Position numbers and translations under genes: made by a program | Notes under the pieces: model-generated | Seen by the model: only the letters and a program-made list of their open reading frames with translations | What the model was told of the DNA's origin: nothing | Databases searched by the model: none | Shown: positions 18,633-27,330 of the stretch, one piece after another | Layout of the letters: the number at the start of each line of letters is the position of its first letter | Position numbering within the stretch: the first letter of the stretch is position 1 | Assembly (NCBI GenBank): GCA_963828735.1 | Contig: CAWHFW010000005.1 | Coordinates: 2,208,001-2,272,000 of the forward strand | Reading direction: 5' to 3' | DNA: 64,000 nt | Origin: an uncultured Gemmatimonadales bacterium | Lineage (GTDB): Bacteria; Gemmatimonadota; Gemmatimonadetes; Gemmatimonadales; GWC2-71-9

Positions 18633-20354
18633 CTACGCCATCGCGACCCGCACGCGCGCGGGCCGGTCGGGATGTACCTGCCGGGCGAGCGCCGCGAACA
18701 TGGGTATGTCGAGGCTCTGCGCTCCGTCGCTCATCGCCTTCGATGGGTCCGGGTGCACCTCCACGATGAGGCCGCAGGCGCCGGCCGCGAGCGAGCCCAG
18801 GCTGAGCGGTGTCACGAGCGAGCGCACGCCGGCGGCGTGGCTCGGGTCCACGATCACGGGCAGGTGCGTCCGCTCGAGCACCATCGCGACCGCGTTCAAA
18901 TCCAGCGTGTGTCGCGTAGCGCGCTCGAAGGTCCGGATGCCCCGCTCGCAGAGCACCACGTTCGGGTTCCCCTCCGCGAGGATGTACTCGGCCGCCATCA
19001 GCCACTCCTCGATGGTGGCGCCCGCGCCTCGCTTGAGCAGGATCGGCTTGCCGCTCCGGCTCGCGGCGCGGAGCAGGGTGAAGTTCTGCATGTTGCGCGC
19101 GCCGATCTGGAGCATGTCGGCGAAGTGTCCCACCACCGCGACCTCCTCCCAGCTCAAGACCTCCGTCACTACTGGGAGGCCGGTCCGCTCGCGCGCGTCC
19201 GCCAGGTACCGCAGGCCTTTGACGCCGAGCCCCTGGAAGTCGTACGGGGAGGTGCGCGGCTTGTAGGCGCCGCCTCTCAGCATGTCGCCGCCCGCCTGCG
19301 CCACGGCGTCGGCGGTCTCGAGGATCATCGCCTCGCTCTCGACCGAGCACGGGCCGGCGATGAGCACACGCTCACCCCCGCCGAACGTGAGCGGCCCGAC
19401 CGGCACCCGCGTCCCCTCCGGGATGCGCCGGCGGTCCACCAGCGGAATGTCCGGCTTCCTGGTGTGGTGGGCCGGGGTCGGCGGTGGGGCCGACAGGCGC
19501 GACCCTTCGATCCAGGCCTCGTAGCTGCCGAGCACCACGACCCTCGCCGCGAGCGCCTCGACCTCCTCCAGCGCCTCCGCGACGCGCGGATCCGCGGTCG
19601 AGCCGTCGATGTCCACGTAGAAGCGGTACGTCCATGGTGCCGACCGCTCCGGCCGTGACTGCAGCGCCATGAGGTTGACCCCTCGAACGCCGAAGGCCTG
19701 GAGTGTGAGAGCGAGCATGCCCGGCTTGTGGTCGATCAGCACGATGAGCGAGGTCTTGAAGCGGGTGGTGCCCGCGCTTCCGGCCGGCAACCCTGCCGCA
19801 TCGGCCCGGGTGAAGGTGAGAAAGCGCGTCTGGTTGGTCGGATCGTCCTCGATCCGTTCGGCGAGCGGAACCAGACCATGGGCGTCCGCCGCGTGGCGGG
19901 CGGCGATGGCCGCGAGCGCTGGATTCCCCTCGCCCGCCACCAGCTCCGCGCTGCCCGCCGTGTCCCAGGCGCTCACCAGCTCGACGTTCGGCAGGTGCTC
20001 CGACAGCCAGATGCGGCACTGGCCAAGGGCGACGGGGTGCGACAGCACCCGCTTGATCCCGTCGAGGCGCGCGCCCGGCAGCGCCATGATCGTGTGGTGC
20101 ACCGGATACAGGATCTCGTGCGTCAGCCGGAGCGTGCCGTCCCCGAAGGCCTCCTCGAGCAGGTCGTACGTGGTCGTCACCGAGCCGATCAGCGAGTTCT
20201 CGATCGGGAGGCAGCCGGCCTCCGCCTCGCCCGCCCGTACCGCGGCTACCACGTCCTTGGCCTCCCGACAGGGAAGGGTCGTCAGGTCGGGCCAGCGCCG
20301 CCGAGCCGCCGCTTCGCTGAACGAGCCGTGAGTACCCTGAATCGCCACGCGCAT
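18633..20354 (-). CDS. pheA-aroF: Prephenate dehydratase-ACT fused to type I-beta DAHP synthase
   Basis: PIENSLIG, SHPVALGQC, NQTRF, LQSRP (PDT/ACT); IAGPCSVES, KPRTSPYDFQG, QIGARNMQN, LCERGIR, DPSH (DAHPS). Confidence 0.93.
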   Translation of the reverse strand: MRVAIQGTHGSFSEAAARRRWPDLTTLPCREAKDVVAAVRAGEAEAGCLPIENSLIGSVTTTYDLLEEAFGDGTLRLTHEILYPVHHTIMALPGARLDGIKRVLSHPVALGQCRIWLSEHLPNVELVSAWDTAGSAELVAGEGNPALAAIAARHAADAHGLVPLAERIEDDPTNQTRFLTFTRADAAGLPAGSAGTTRFKTSLIVLIDHKPGMLALTLQAFGVRGVNLMALQSRPERSAPWTYRFYVDIDGSTADPRVAEALEEVEALAARVVVLGSYEAWIEGSRLSAPPPTPAHHTRKPDIPLVDRRRIPEGTRVPVGPLTFGGGERVLIAGPCSVESEAMILETADAVAQAGGDMLRGGAYKPRTSPYDFQGLGVKGLRYLADARERTGLPVVTEVLSWEEVAVVGHFADMLQIGARNMQNFTLLRAASRSGKPILLKRGAGATIEEWLMAAEYILAEGNPNVVLCERGIRTFERATRHTLDLNAVAMVLERTHLPVIVDPSHAAGVRSLVTPLSLGSLAAGACGLIVEVHPDPSKAMSDGAQSLDIPMFAALARQVHPDRPARVRVAMA

Positions 20355-20371
20355 GGTCTGCTCCGAGGATG

Positions 20372-20407
20372 AAAACGAAACGCCCCGCCGGATCGGTCCG
20401 GCGGGGC
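20372..20407 (-). terminator. Attenuator terminator upstream of pheA-aroF
   Basis: GCCCCGCCGGA-CCGA-TCCGGCGGGGC followed by GTTTCGTTTT on the minus strand. Confidence 0.85.
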
Positions 20408-20434
20408 AGCGATGGGGGGTCCGGTCGGCGAGCG

Positions 20435-20524
20435 CTACACGACGCTACCGACACCGGACGGGCATCGAGCCGCGCCGGCGTTGGTAAAATAGAAGTAGAA
20501 CCACGCGCTATTGGACCGAATCAT
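20435..20524 (-). CDS. Aromatic-amino-acid leader peptide MIRSNSAWFYFYFTNAGAARCPSGVGSVV
   Basis: Six consecutive W/F/Y codons in a 29-aa ORF immediately before a terminator and the pheA-aroF start. Confidence 0.85.
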   Translation of the reverse strand: MIRSNSAWFYFYFTNAGAARCPSGVGSVV

Positions 20525-20530
20525 GGAGTG

Positions 20531-20560
20531 AACGTACCGGCGCATCCTCGGATTTGTCAA
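20531..20560 (-). promoter_or_regulatory. Sigma70-type promoter of the leader peptide/pheA-aroF transcript
   Basis: TTGACA-N18-TACGTT, ending 6 nt before the leader ATG. Confidence 0.65.
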
Positions 20561-20581
20561 GCGAGGTATCTTTTCCGGCTC

Positions 20582-21550
20582 GTGACGCGCCCACTCCCCG
20601 TCCTCACCGGACTCCTGATCCTGTCGTGCCTCCTGTCGCGGCCCGCCGGGGCCCAGGGGTTGCCGTCGTACGCGCCCATCAATCCCGTGGCGGATTCACG
20701 GACGACGCTCGGCTTCGAGCCCTACCGCGGGCCTCAACTCGACCGGTGGAGCCTCGGGCTGTCCCTCGACTACGCCAGCTCGATCGAGTACTTCACGGCC
20801 TCGCACGCGGACTACGTGCTCGACGCCGAGCTGATGCGGCTACGCCTGCGCGTGGCTAGGGACCTGAGCCCATCAGCCTTCGTCATGGCGGACGTCGCGG
20901 TTCAGGGCAGCTATGCCGGGTTCCTCGACGGGTTTCTCGACTGGTATCACAATCTCCTCGGCATCACGCTCGAGGCCCGCGAGCTCCGTCCGCAGAACGA
21001 GTTCCTCTACGAGATGGCGCTGCCGGACCGCGTGGTGCGCACGCGGGACCCGAGCGACATGTTCCTGGGCGACGTGCGTCTCTCGGCCGGCCTCCGGCGC
21101 GGGCCGCACTTCCAGGCAATCGCGACCGTCACGCTTCCGACCTCCACCGGGCCCACCGGTTATGGGCGTGGCGTGGTCGCCGGTGGTGTGATCGCGACGG
21201 TGCGGGCCCCGCTGGCGAAGCCGCTGGTCTACGAGGGAAGTCTGGGTCTGGGGTACACGCCCACCCACGGCGATCTCACGGCCTACCAGCACACCACCTT
21301 TGTCTCGTTGAGCTCGGGAATGCGCTGGCGGTTCTGGGGACGACAGTCGCTGTACGCGAATCTCTTCTACCACAGTCCGTACTATCACGACACGACGCTT
21401 CCGTCGCTCGATCGCCGGGACCTCTCGCTCGATTTCGGCTGGATCCTGGCGACGCGGAGCGGCCGCGAGTGGCGGATCGGCATGACCGAGGACCTGGAGC
21501 CGAGCGGCCCTGCGATAGATCTCGTGTTTCGGCTGGGGGTGGCCCACTGA
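20582..21550 (+). CDS. Outer-membrane beta-barrel-like protein (DUF3187-like)
   Basis: GTG start giving a signal peptide (...PAGAQ); GFLDGFLDWYH; amphipathic strands; terminal DLVFRLG. Confidence 0.7.
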   Translation: MTRPLPVLTGLLILSCLLSRPAGAQGLPSYAPINPVADSRTTLGFEPYRGPQLDRWSLGLSLDYASSIEYFTASHADYVLDAELMRLRLRVARDLSPSAFVMADVAVQGSYAGFLDGFLDWYHNLLGITLEARELRPQNEFLYEMALPDRVVRTRDPSDMFLGDVRLSAGLRRGPHFQAIATVTLPTSTGPTGYGRGVVAGGVIATVRAPLAKPLVYEGSLGLGYTPTHGDLTAYQHTTFVSLSSGMRWRFWGRQSLYANLFYHSPYYHDTTLPSLDRRDLSLDFGWILATRSGREWRIGMTEDLEPSGPAIDLVFRLGVAH

Positions 21551-21553
21551 CGG

Positions 21554-21799
21554 TCAGGTGCCGACCTGACCCGCCTTGAAGAGGAACTGCTCCATGTTGC
21601 GGAACAGAAACTCCTTCGCCTTGGGATCGCGAAGGTTGAGCCCGTAATGGTTGATCAGCTGCTGCTGCATCTTGAGCCACTCGCCCCAGCACACCCCGCA
21701 GATCTCGTCGTAGGCTCGCTTGCCTAGCTCGTTCTGAAAGGGCTGAAAGGCCATCTTGTCGCGCTCGAGACCGCAGCGCGCGCAATGCACGGTCGACAT
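21554..21799 (-). CDS. yggX: Fe(II)-trafficking / oxidative damage protection protein (YggX family)
   Basis: ELGKRAYDEICGVCWGEWLKMQQQLINHYGLNL...MEQFLF. Confidence 0.85.
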   Translation of the reverse strand: MSTVHCARCGLERDKMAFQPFQNELGKRAYDEICGVCWGEWLKMQQQLINHYGLNLRDPKAKEFLFRNMEQFLFKAGQVGT

Positions 21800-21872
21800 G
21801 CGGGCAAGATAGACGTCTCCCAGAGTGTGATCCAGTCTACGGGCAGCGTAGGCAATCTGCATTACCTTGCAT

Positions 21873-22154
21873 TCAGGGCGTGATTTGGTAGCGCGCCCGG
21901 TCAGTCCGGCGAATGATGCGGGCCCCCGATGCGGTTCCGAACCCGGTCCCGATGCCGAACATCACCGCCGGTGCCACGCTTACGAGTGGCAGCAGTGCCA
22001 GCGGCCAGGCGAAGGTGAACGCGAGTGCACCGGCCACGAGGGGGGCCCAGCCGCTGTGAATAGCATCGACGAAGCGCAGGCGATTCCGCACGAAGCTTCT
22101 GGCCATGAGGTAGCCGGTGACCCCTGCGGCCACGGCCAAGAGTATTTGCAGCAT
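21873..22154 (-). CDS. Small hypothetical membrane protein
   Basis: Three hydrophobic segments; GAGG upstream. Confidence 0.7.
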   Translation of the reverse strand: MLQILLAVAAGVTGYLMARSFVRNRLRFVDAIHSGWAPLVAGALAFTFAWPLALLPLVSVAPAVMFGIGTGFGTASGARIIRRTDRARYQITP

Positions 22155-22334
22155 ACAGATACCTCGGTTGAGGACATGAAGGCCGCGTTACAGTACGAAA
22201 CGTGCGTAAAAAAGATTCGCCGACGGAACGCGGCCAGGCATCAGAATCGCTGCAGTGAGAGCACGTATCGCGGGTGGAAGTGCCCGTGTCCTTGCCCCAG
22301 TCCCTATTGTTCCCATAAGGGAAGGAGGCTACCG

Positions 22335-22763
22335 ATGCGACATCCGACGGTGCAAGTGCCCAACATCGGACCCATGGACCACGCGTGGGACCTCTTGGGC
22401 GAGTGGCAGACTGAGTTCGAGCTGCCCGAGACCGAGTCGCCGGTCCATGGCAAGGTGACCTTCCGGTCGTGGACCGATGCGGAGCTGAGCCTGGATCCCG
22501 TGGAGGCGGCCATCGCCGGCATTCCGGCGTCGGTGCCGCTCGAGCGGGCCAGCGAGATTCACCTGACCGACGCTGGCGGCGGTGCGCTTCAGTGGGTATT
22601 GCACGCGCCGTCCACCAACTGGTCGCTGCAAGCCACCATGTGGCCCGGGTCGCTCCACCTGTTCGTAAGCGACGCCGATGATGACGAGGAGCAATTGTAC
22701 CGCGCGCGAGCCGTTCGGGCTCAGGATTACTACCTGAGGAAATACCCGATCGATCCTGAATGA
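22335..22763 (+). CDS. Hypothetical protein (MRHPTVQVPNIGPMDHAW...)
   Basis: SD AAGGAGG before ATG 22335; coding-like codon use. Confidence 0.75.
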   Translation: MRHPTVQVPNIGPMDHAWDLLGEWQTEFELPETESPVHGKVTFRSWTDAELSLDPVEAAIAGIPASVPLERASEIHLTDAGGGALQWVLHAPSTNWSLQATMWPGSLHLFVSDADDDEEQLYRARAVRAQDYYLRKYPIDPE

Positions 22764-23131
22764 TCGTGCGCACCATCGAGCTCCGGCTCCACGGGTTCGG
22801 CGCTCCGCCCGCGTCCGCGCGGGCGGAGGTCGCCGAGCTCGCCCCCGCCGATCGCCTCAAGCGGGCCGCCGTCGTGTTCGGTGCCTTTCTCGCCGTGGCG
22901 ATCATCGCGCTTCCCATCCCGATCGTGCATTTCATGCTGGTGCCGGGTGGGCTGTTGCTGGCGGTGGTGCTGGGCGGCGTTCGCCTTCGCGAGGGCACCA
23001 TCTTCCGGGACGTGAGCGGCCGCTGCCCGTTCTGCGGCATGGAGCAGCACTTCCCGCTGTTCGGCCGGTTCAGGCTCCCGAAGGACGTGCATTGCACGAG
23101 CTGCGGTCGGAAGTTGACGCTGGAGGAGTGA
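22760..23131 (+). CDS. Membrane protein with C-terminal zinc ribbon
   Basis: Two TM helices then CPFC...CTSC; ATGA overlap. Confidence 0.75.
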   Translation: MIVRTIELRLHGFGAPPASARAEVAELAPADRLKRAAVVFGAFLAVAIIALPIPIVHFMLVPGGLLLAVVLGGVRLREGTIFRDVSGRCPFCGMEQHFPLFGRFRLPKDVHCTSCGRKLTLEE

Positions 23132-23160
23132 GACCGGTGTCCCGGTCGTCCTGAATGAGC

Positions 23161-23191
23161 GAAGGGGGCATGCGTGACCGCATGCCCCTTC
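23161..23191. terminator. Stem-loop between convergent genes
   Basis: GAAGGGGGCATGCG-TGAC-CGCATGCCCCTTC. Confidence 0.65.
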
Positions 23192-23227
23192 GGTGTTCCG
23201 GAATGCCGTGCGGCGCCGCGATGATCC

Positions 23228-24220
23228 CTACCAGCGCACCAACGCGCTCCCCCACAGAAACCCGCTTCCGAACGCTGTCATCGCGACGAGATCCCCGCTC
23301 CGAACCTTCCCACTCCGGACGCACTCGTCCAACGCGATCGGAATCGTCGCGGCGGTGGTGTTTCCGTACCACATGATGTTGTTGTAGACCTGGTCGTCGT
23401 GCAGGCCCAGGGCCTTCTGCATCATCTCGGCGATGCGGAGGTTGGCCTGGTGCGCCACGAGCAGGCTCAAATCCTTGGTGGTGTGCCCGGTGGCTGTGAG
23501 CACGGCCTGCACCGACTCCGGCATGCGCGCCACGGCGTGGCGGAAGACCTCCTTCCCGTCCATCTCCAGGAAGTGGCGCTCCTCCTCGATCTGACGCGCC
23601 GACATGCGTGGGTGATACATCGAGCCAGGCGCATCGACCCAGAGCTTCTCCGCATAGGTCCCGTCGCCGTGCAGGTCGAAGGCGAGGATGCCGCGATCGT
23701 CCTCGCTCGGACCCAACACCGCCGCGCCGGCGCCGTCGGCGAAGATCACCGCGGTGTTCCGTCCCCGGCTGCTGACGTCCATGGCGGTAGACTGGACCTC
23801 CGCCCCGACGACCAGCACGTGACGGAACGTCCCGCCGCGGATGAAGGCATCCGCGACCGCGAGCGCGTAGACGAATCCGCTGCACTGGTTCCGGATGTCG
23901 ATGGAGGGGATGGCCCCGACGCCGAGAAGCCGCTGGAGGTAGACGCCGTTGCCGGGTGCGAAGTGATCGGGGGTAGACGTGGCGTAGATGATCGCGTCGA
24001 TCTCAGCCGGGGCGAGTCCCGCCGCGCCAAGGGCCCGCGTCGTCGCGGCGTGCGCCAGAGCGGTTCCGGTCTCTCCCTCGCGCACCCACCGGCGTTCCTG
24101 GATCCCGGTTCGCGTCCGGATCCATTCGTCGCTCGTGTCCATCAGGTGGGAGAGGTCGTCGTTGGTCACGACGCGGTCGGGCACGGCCAGACCAGTGCCG
24201 AGGAAGCGCGCGCGGGGCAT
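23228..24220 (-). CDS. fabH: Beta-ketoacyl-ACP synthase III
   Basis: DTSDEWIRTRTGIQERR; Cys-His-Asn triad NQCSGF / AHQAN / YGNTTAA; AFGSGFLWG. Confidence 0.93.
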   Translation of the reverse strand: MPRARFLGTGLAVPDRVVTNDDLSHLMDTSDEWIRTRTGIQERRWVREGETGTALAHAATTRALGAAGLAPAEIDAIIYATSTPDHFAPGNGVYLQRLLGVGAIPSIDIRNQCSGFVYALAVADAFIRGGTFRHVLVVGAEVQSTAMDVSSRGRNTAVIFADGAGAAVLGPSEDDRGILAFDLHGDGTYAEKLWVDAPGSMYHPRMSARQIEEERHFLEMDGKEVFRHAVARMPESVQAVLTATGHTTKDLSLLVAHQANLRIAEMMQKALGLHDDQVYNNIMWYGNTTAATIPIALDECVRSGKVRSGDLVAMTAFGSGFLWGSALVRW

Positions 24221-24247
24221 TCGTGGACCCGGGATTATGTGAGGAGG

Positions 24248-25519
24248 TTAAGGATATCGCCGGCGCACGGCGGCCCACAGGAGCCAGGTCCACGTCACCC
24301 AGGCGATCGTCAGCGGCCAGCCCATCGCCCGCCAGGTCTCCCACAGGACACCCACGGGGGTGAGCCAGCGGGGCCACCCGCTGTCGGCGCGGAGCCGGTG
24401 GCGCTCCACGATGCGTGTGGTGCCGAAGCCTTGACGCAGGCCGTCGAGCACCGCCGCGCACGCGGCTGCGCCTTCGGGCCGAGGGCCGGTCAGGGGCAGC
24501 AGGTTCCACACCATGCTGGTGGCGCCCCAGCCGTGACTGTCGCTCGCGCCCAGCACGATCCGGTTCGTCCGTCGTGCGAGGGCCACGACCGAATCGCGTC
24601 GGGCCCGGGAGATCTCGTTCGCCTTGGGCGCGGCGTTCACGATCTCGAATCCGTCCGCGCCCGCCGCGACGAGCGTGTCGAGCCGCGCCTGGTGATTCCG
24701 CTCGTACTCGGGGAGCGAGAGCACGCTGAGGGCGCCGTACACCGACCGGCTCTCGCGGAGCAGCAGCTCCAACGCCTCGAGCGAGCCGTTGTAGCGCCTC
24801 GGGTCCACCGGGACGGAGTCGCCCAGCAGCACGACATGTGCGCGCCACGCACTCACCTCGATGCCCGGACAGCGCGCGGGTGCACCGGTGTGCGGACGGA
24901 GCCCCGAGACGGTATTGTGGTCCGTTATGAAGACGGCATCGAAGCCGGCGCGTCGGTGCCAGCGCAGGTTGGCCTCGGTGTCGAACCCGCCCATGAGCGT
25001 GCCTCGCACGTCGTGGGAGACGTTGGTGTGGCTGTGCACGTCGAACACGATTGCTCCCGGGCCGGCGCCCGCGAGCGCTGCCATGGGACGATGCCAGAGG
25101 AGCCCGACGACGAAGAAGGCCGCGAGGGCCGCGAGCGATGTGACCACGAGTTTCAGCTCGCGGCGCGCGGGGGCCCGCGGAGCCGGGTGGTCACTCCAGG
25201 CGACGCGCCACCAGAGGTGGCGGCCGGCGCGCCAGACGACGAACAGGATCAGGAGGCCGAGGAGAAACCCCTGCAGCCGGCTCATGCTCAGCATGGAGAC
25301 GCCGTCCCACAGCGTGAACAGCGGGGCGAGCAGGACGTACAGGATGGGGTAGGTGAGATGCAGCCCGGACGGCAGTGGTCCGCCCAGCGGATCCGCCAGG
25401 GGCGCGGCCGGGCAGGCGCGCGCCATGAGCAACCCGGCGGTCAGCGCGAGCGGGAAGAGAAGTCCGGGGCGGCGCGCCGGACGCTGGGACCACCGGGTCG
25501 GTGCTGGAATGGTGCACAA
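24248..25519 (-). CDS. Membrane-bound PHP-domain metallophosphoesterase
   Basis: DVHSHT, ITDHN, GIEVS, GASDSHG plus TM helices; start uncertain. Confidence 0.8.
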   Translation of the reverse strand: MCTIPAPTRWSQRPARRPGLLFPLALTAGLLMARACPAAPLADPLGGPLPSGLHLTYPILYVLLAPLFTLWDGVSMLSMSRLQGFLLGLLILFVVWRAGRHLWWRVAWSDHPAPRAPARRELKLVVTSLAALAAFFVVGLLWHRPMAALAGAGPGAIVFDVHSHTNVSHDVRGTLMGGFDTEANLRWHRRAGFDAVFITDHNTVSGLRPHTGAPARCPGIEVSAWRAHVVLLGDSVPVDPRRYNGSLEALELLLRESRSVYGALSVLSLPEYERNHQARLDTLVAAGADGFEIVNAAPKANEISRARRDSVVALARRTNRIVLGASDSHGWGATSMVWNLLPLTGPRPEGAAACAAVLDGLRQGFGTTRIVERHRLRADSGWPRWLTPVGVLWETWRAMGWPLTIAWVTWTWLLWAAVRRRYP

Positions 25520-25539
25520 TATAGGGGGGTGGCTGCGCG

Positions 25540-25767
25540 ATGAGCGAGCACGACGAGGAGAACGGCGAGGGCATGGTGGACACCGAGGCCACCGTCCGGT
25601 GTCCCTACTGCGGGGAGATCAACGAGATCGGGCTGGACCCGGGTGGCGGACGCCACCAGGTCTATGTCGAGGACTGCCAGGTCTGTTGCCGGCCCTGGCG
25701 GGTCCGGGTGACCTATGGGTCCGACGGCACCGCGGACGTGTCCGTCGAGGCCGAGCAGCTGGAGTAA
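25540..25767 (+). CDS. CPXCG-motif cysteine-rich protein
   Basis: CPYCGE...YVEDCQVCCRPW. Confidence 0.9.
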   Translation: MSEHDEENGEGMVDTEATVRCPYCGEINEIGLDPGGGRHQVYVEDCQVCCRPWRVRVTYGSDGTADVSVEAEQLE

Positions 25768-25778
25768 GGGGGCCGCGC

Positions 25779-26507
25779 TCAGATCCCGCCGAGCCACGGA
25801 TAGCCCTGGTCTTCCCAGTAGCCGCCCGGCCGCTCGCGCGTGAACGTCATCGCGGTGAGGTACTTGGTGAGCTTGTACCCGAGCTTGACCGGCGAATACA
25901 CCCGGAGCGGCGCGCCGTGCTCGATCGTAAGCGGGCGGTCGTTCCACGCATACGCGAGGATGGTCTGCGGGTGCATCGCGCTCGCGAGGTCCCAGCCGTT
26001 CATGTACTTGCTGTCGAACGAATCGAAACGCAGGTAACGCGCCTCCGCGGTCGGCTGCACCATCTGCGTCACCGCGGACACCGGCACACCGGTCCAGGTC
26101 GCGATCGCCGTCCACCCTTCGACGCAGTGGTGCTTCACGGTGTAGCTGACCCGCGGCAGGGCCTCGAGCATCGGCCGCGTGAGCCGCACCGGCGTGCGCA
26201 CCAGCCCACCGACCTCGAGGGCCCATTCGCCCGGAGGCTCCGGAAAGTGCCCGCTCTTATTGTGCGTGATGGAGTACTTCGGAAACGCCATGACCGGCGT
26301 TCGCTGCGCGATCGGGTACTCCGGCGCGAGCCGGCTCGGCGAGAACAGGATCTTCTCACCCACCCAGTCGTTGAGCCGGCTGAGGGCACGGAGGCGTGGC
26401 TCGAGCACCGGCCCGCCGTCCCAGCCGCAAGCCGCGGCCAGCGACGCCGGCGCCACGATGCCGAGTCGCATGAAGTCCCGCCGGGTGAGGCCGGGTCGGT
26501 CAGTCAT
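25779..26507 (-). CDS. Sulfite-oxidase-family molybdopterin oxidoreductase, Tat-exported
   Basis: TRRDF Tat motif and LAAAC lipobox; HHCVEGW, HGAPLR, LGYKLTKY, GGYWEDQGY. Confidence 0.9.
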   Translation of the reverse strand: MTDRPGLTRRDFMRLGIVAPASLAAACGWDGGPVLEPRLRALSRLNDWVGEKILFSPSRLAPEYPIAQRTPVMAFPKYSITHNKSGHFPEPPGEWALEVGGLVRTPVRLTRPMLEALPRVSYTVKHHCVEGWTAIATWTGVPVSAVTQMVQPTAEARYLRFDSFDSKYMNGWDLASAMHPQTILAYAWNDRPLTIEHGAPLRVYSPVKLGYKLTKYLTAMTFTRERPGGYWEDQGYPWLGGI

Positions 26508-27249
26508 GGCTCGGAAATCTCCCGCGGTACCAGCCGGTGATCATCGCCCTCAGGGATGCCGGATCCACGAGGAACACGAGTGCCACGTGGAGCAGGGTGA
26601 ACCCCACGAAGACCCACACCGCCCAGAAGTGCCAGTACCGCGCCAGCTCGTACCCGCCGAACAGCGACGTCAGCCACGCGAGCTGCACCGGCTTGTAGAT
26701 GGCGAAGCCGGTGAGCACCGCCAACGCCCCCAGCACCACGATGAACGTGTAGGCGCCCTTCTGAAGCGCGTTGTGCTTGCCCTGCGGGGGATGCGTCTTG
26801 CGGAGTCTCAGATAGTAAAGCTGCATCTGCACTGCCGGCCCGATGTCGCGAGGGCGGAACAGGAGCGAGCGCCACTCGCCCGTGGCGGCCAGAAAGCCGA
26901 GGTAGACGAGGCCCGTGATCACGAAGGGCCACGCGAGCGCGAAGTGCCAGTTGAGCCCACCGGCGAGCCACCCCCCCAGCCGCGCCCACACGGGGATCGG
27001 CCCGCCATCCAGTGGGTTCGGGTAGTAGGGTTGGCCCCGCGGGCCGAAGTGGGCAAAGGCGAGGTAGATCTGGAGCCCGCTCGCGATCATGCCGCAGAGC
27101 ACGACCGCGTTCACCCAGTGGGCCACGCGCACCAACCCGTGATGTCGCTTGACGTCCGGGTGTGCTGCGCCGGACCCGCCCGCATCGAGCTGCCGGGACC
27201 CAGGCGGGTTGGTATCGGGTGGCTGGGCGTCAGGCTGCTCGGCGTTCAT
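26500..27249 (-). CDS. Di-heme cytochrome b membrane subunit (partner of the molybdoenzyme)
   Basis: VRVAHWVNA, WHFALAW, KHNALQK, RYWHF...LHV, LRAMITGW. Confidence 0.88.
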   Translation of the reverse strand: MNAEQPDAQPPDTNPPGSRQLDAGGSGAAHPDVKRHHGLVRVAHWVNAVVLCGMIASGLQIYLAFAHFGPRGQPYYPNPLDGGPIPVWARLGGWLAGGLNWHFALAWPFVITGLVYLGFLAATGEWRSLLFRPRDIGPAVQMQLYYLRLRKTHPPQGKHNALQKGAYTFIVVLGALAVLTGFAIYKPVQLAWLTSLFGGYELARYWHFWAVWVFVGFTLLHVALVFLVDPASLRAMITGWYRGRFPSHD

Positions 27250-27330
27250 CCGGCGCTCCCAAAGACGGTGGAACAGGAATCCTGGTAGAAACGCCGCCTC
27301 GGGCTGGCCGGTTCCATCCGCGCCTGGGGC

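Noticed and set aside
20369..20581. N-terminal extension of the 20369-21550 ORF
   Set aside because: It overlaps the attenuator and promoter on the other strand; GTG 20582 gives a clean signal peptide
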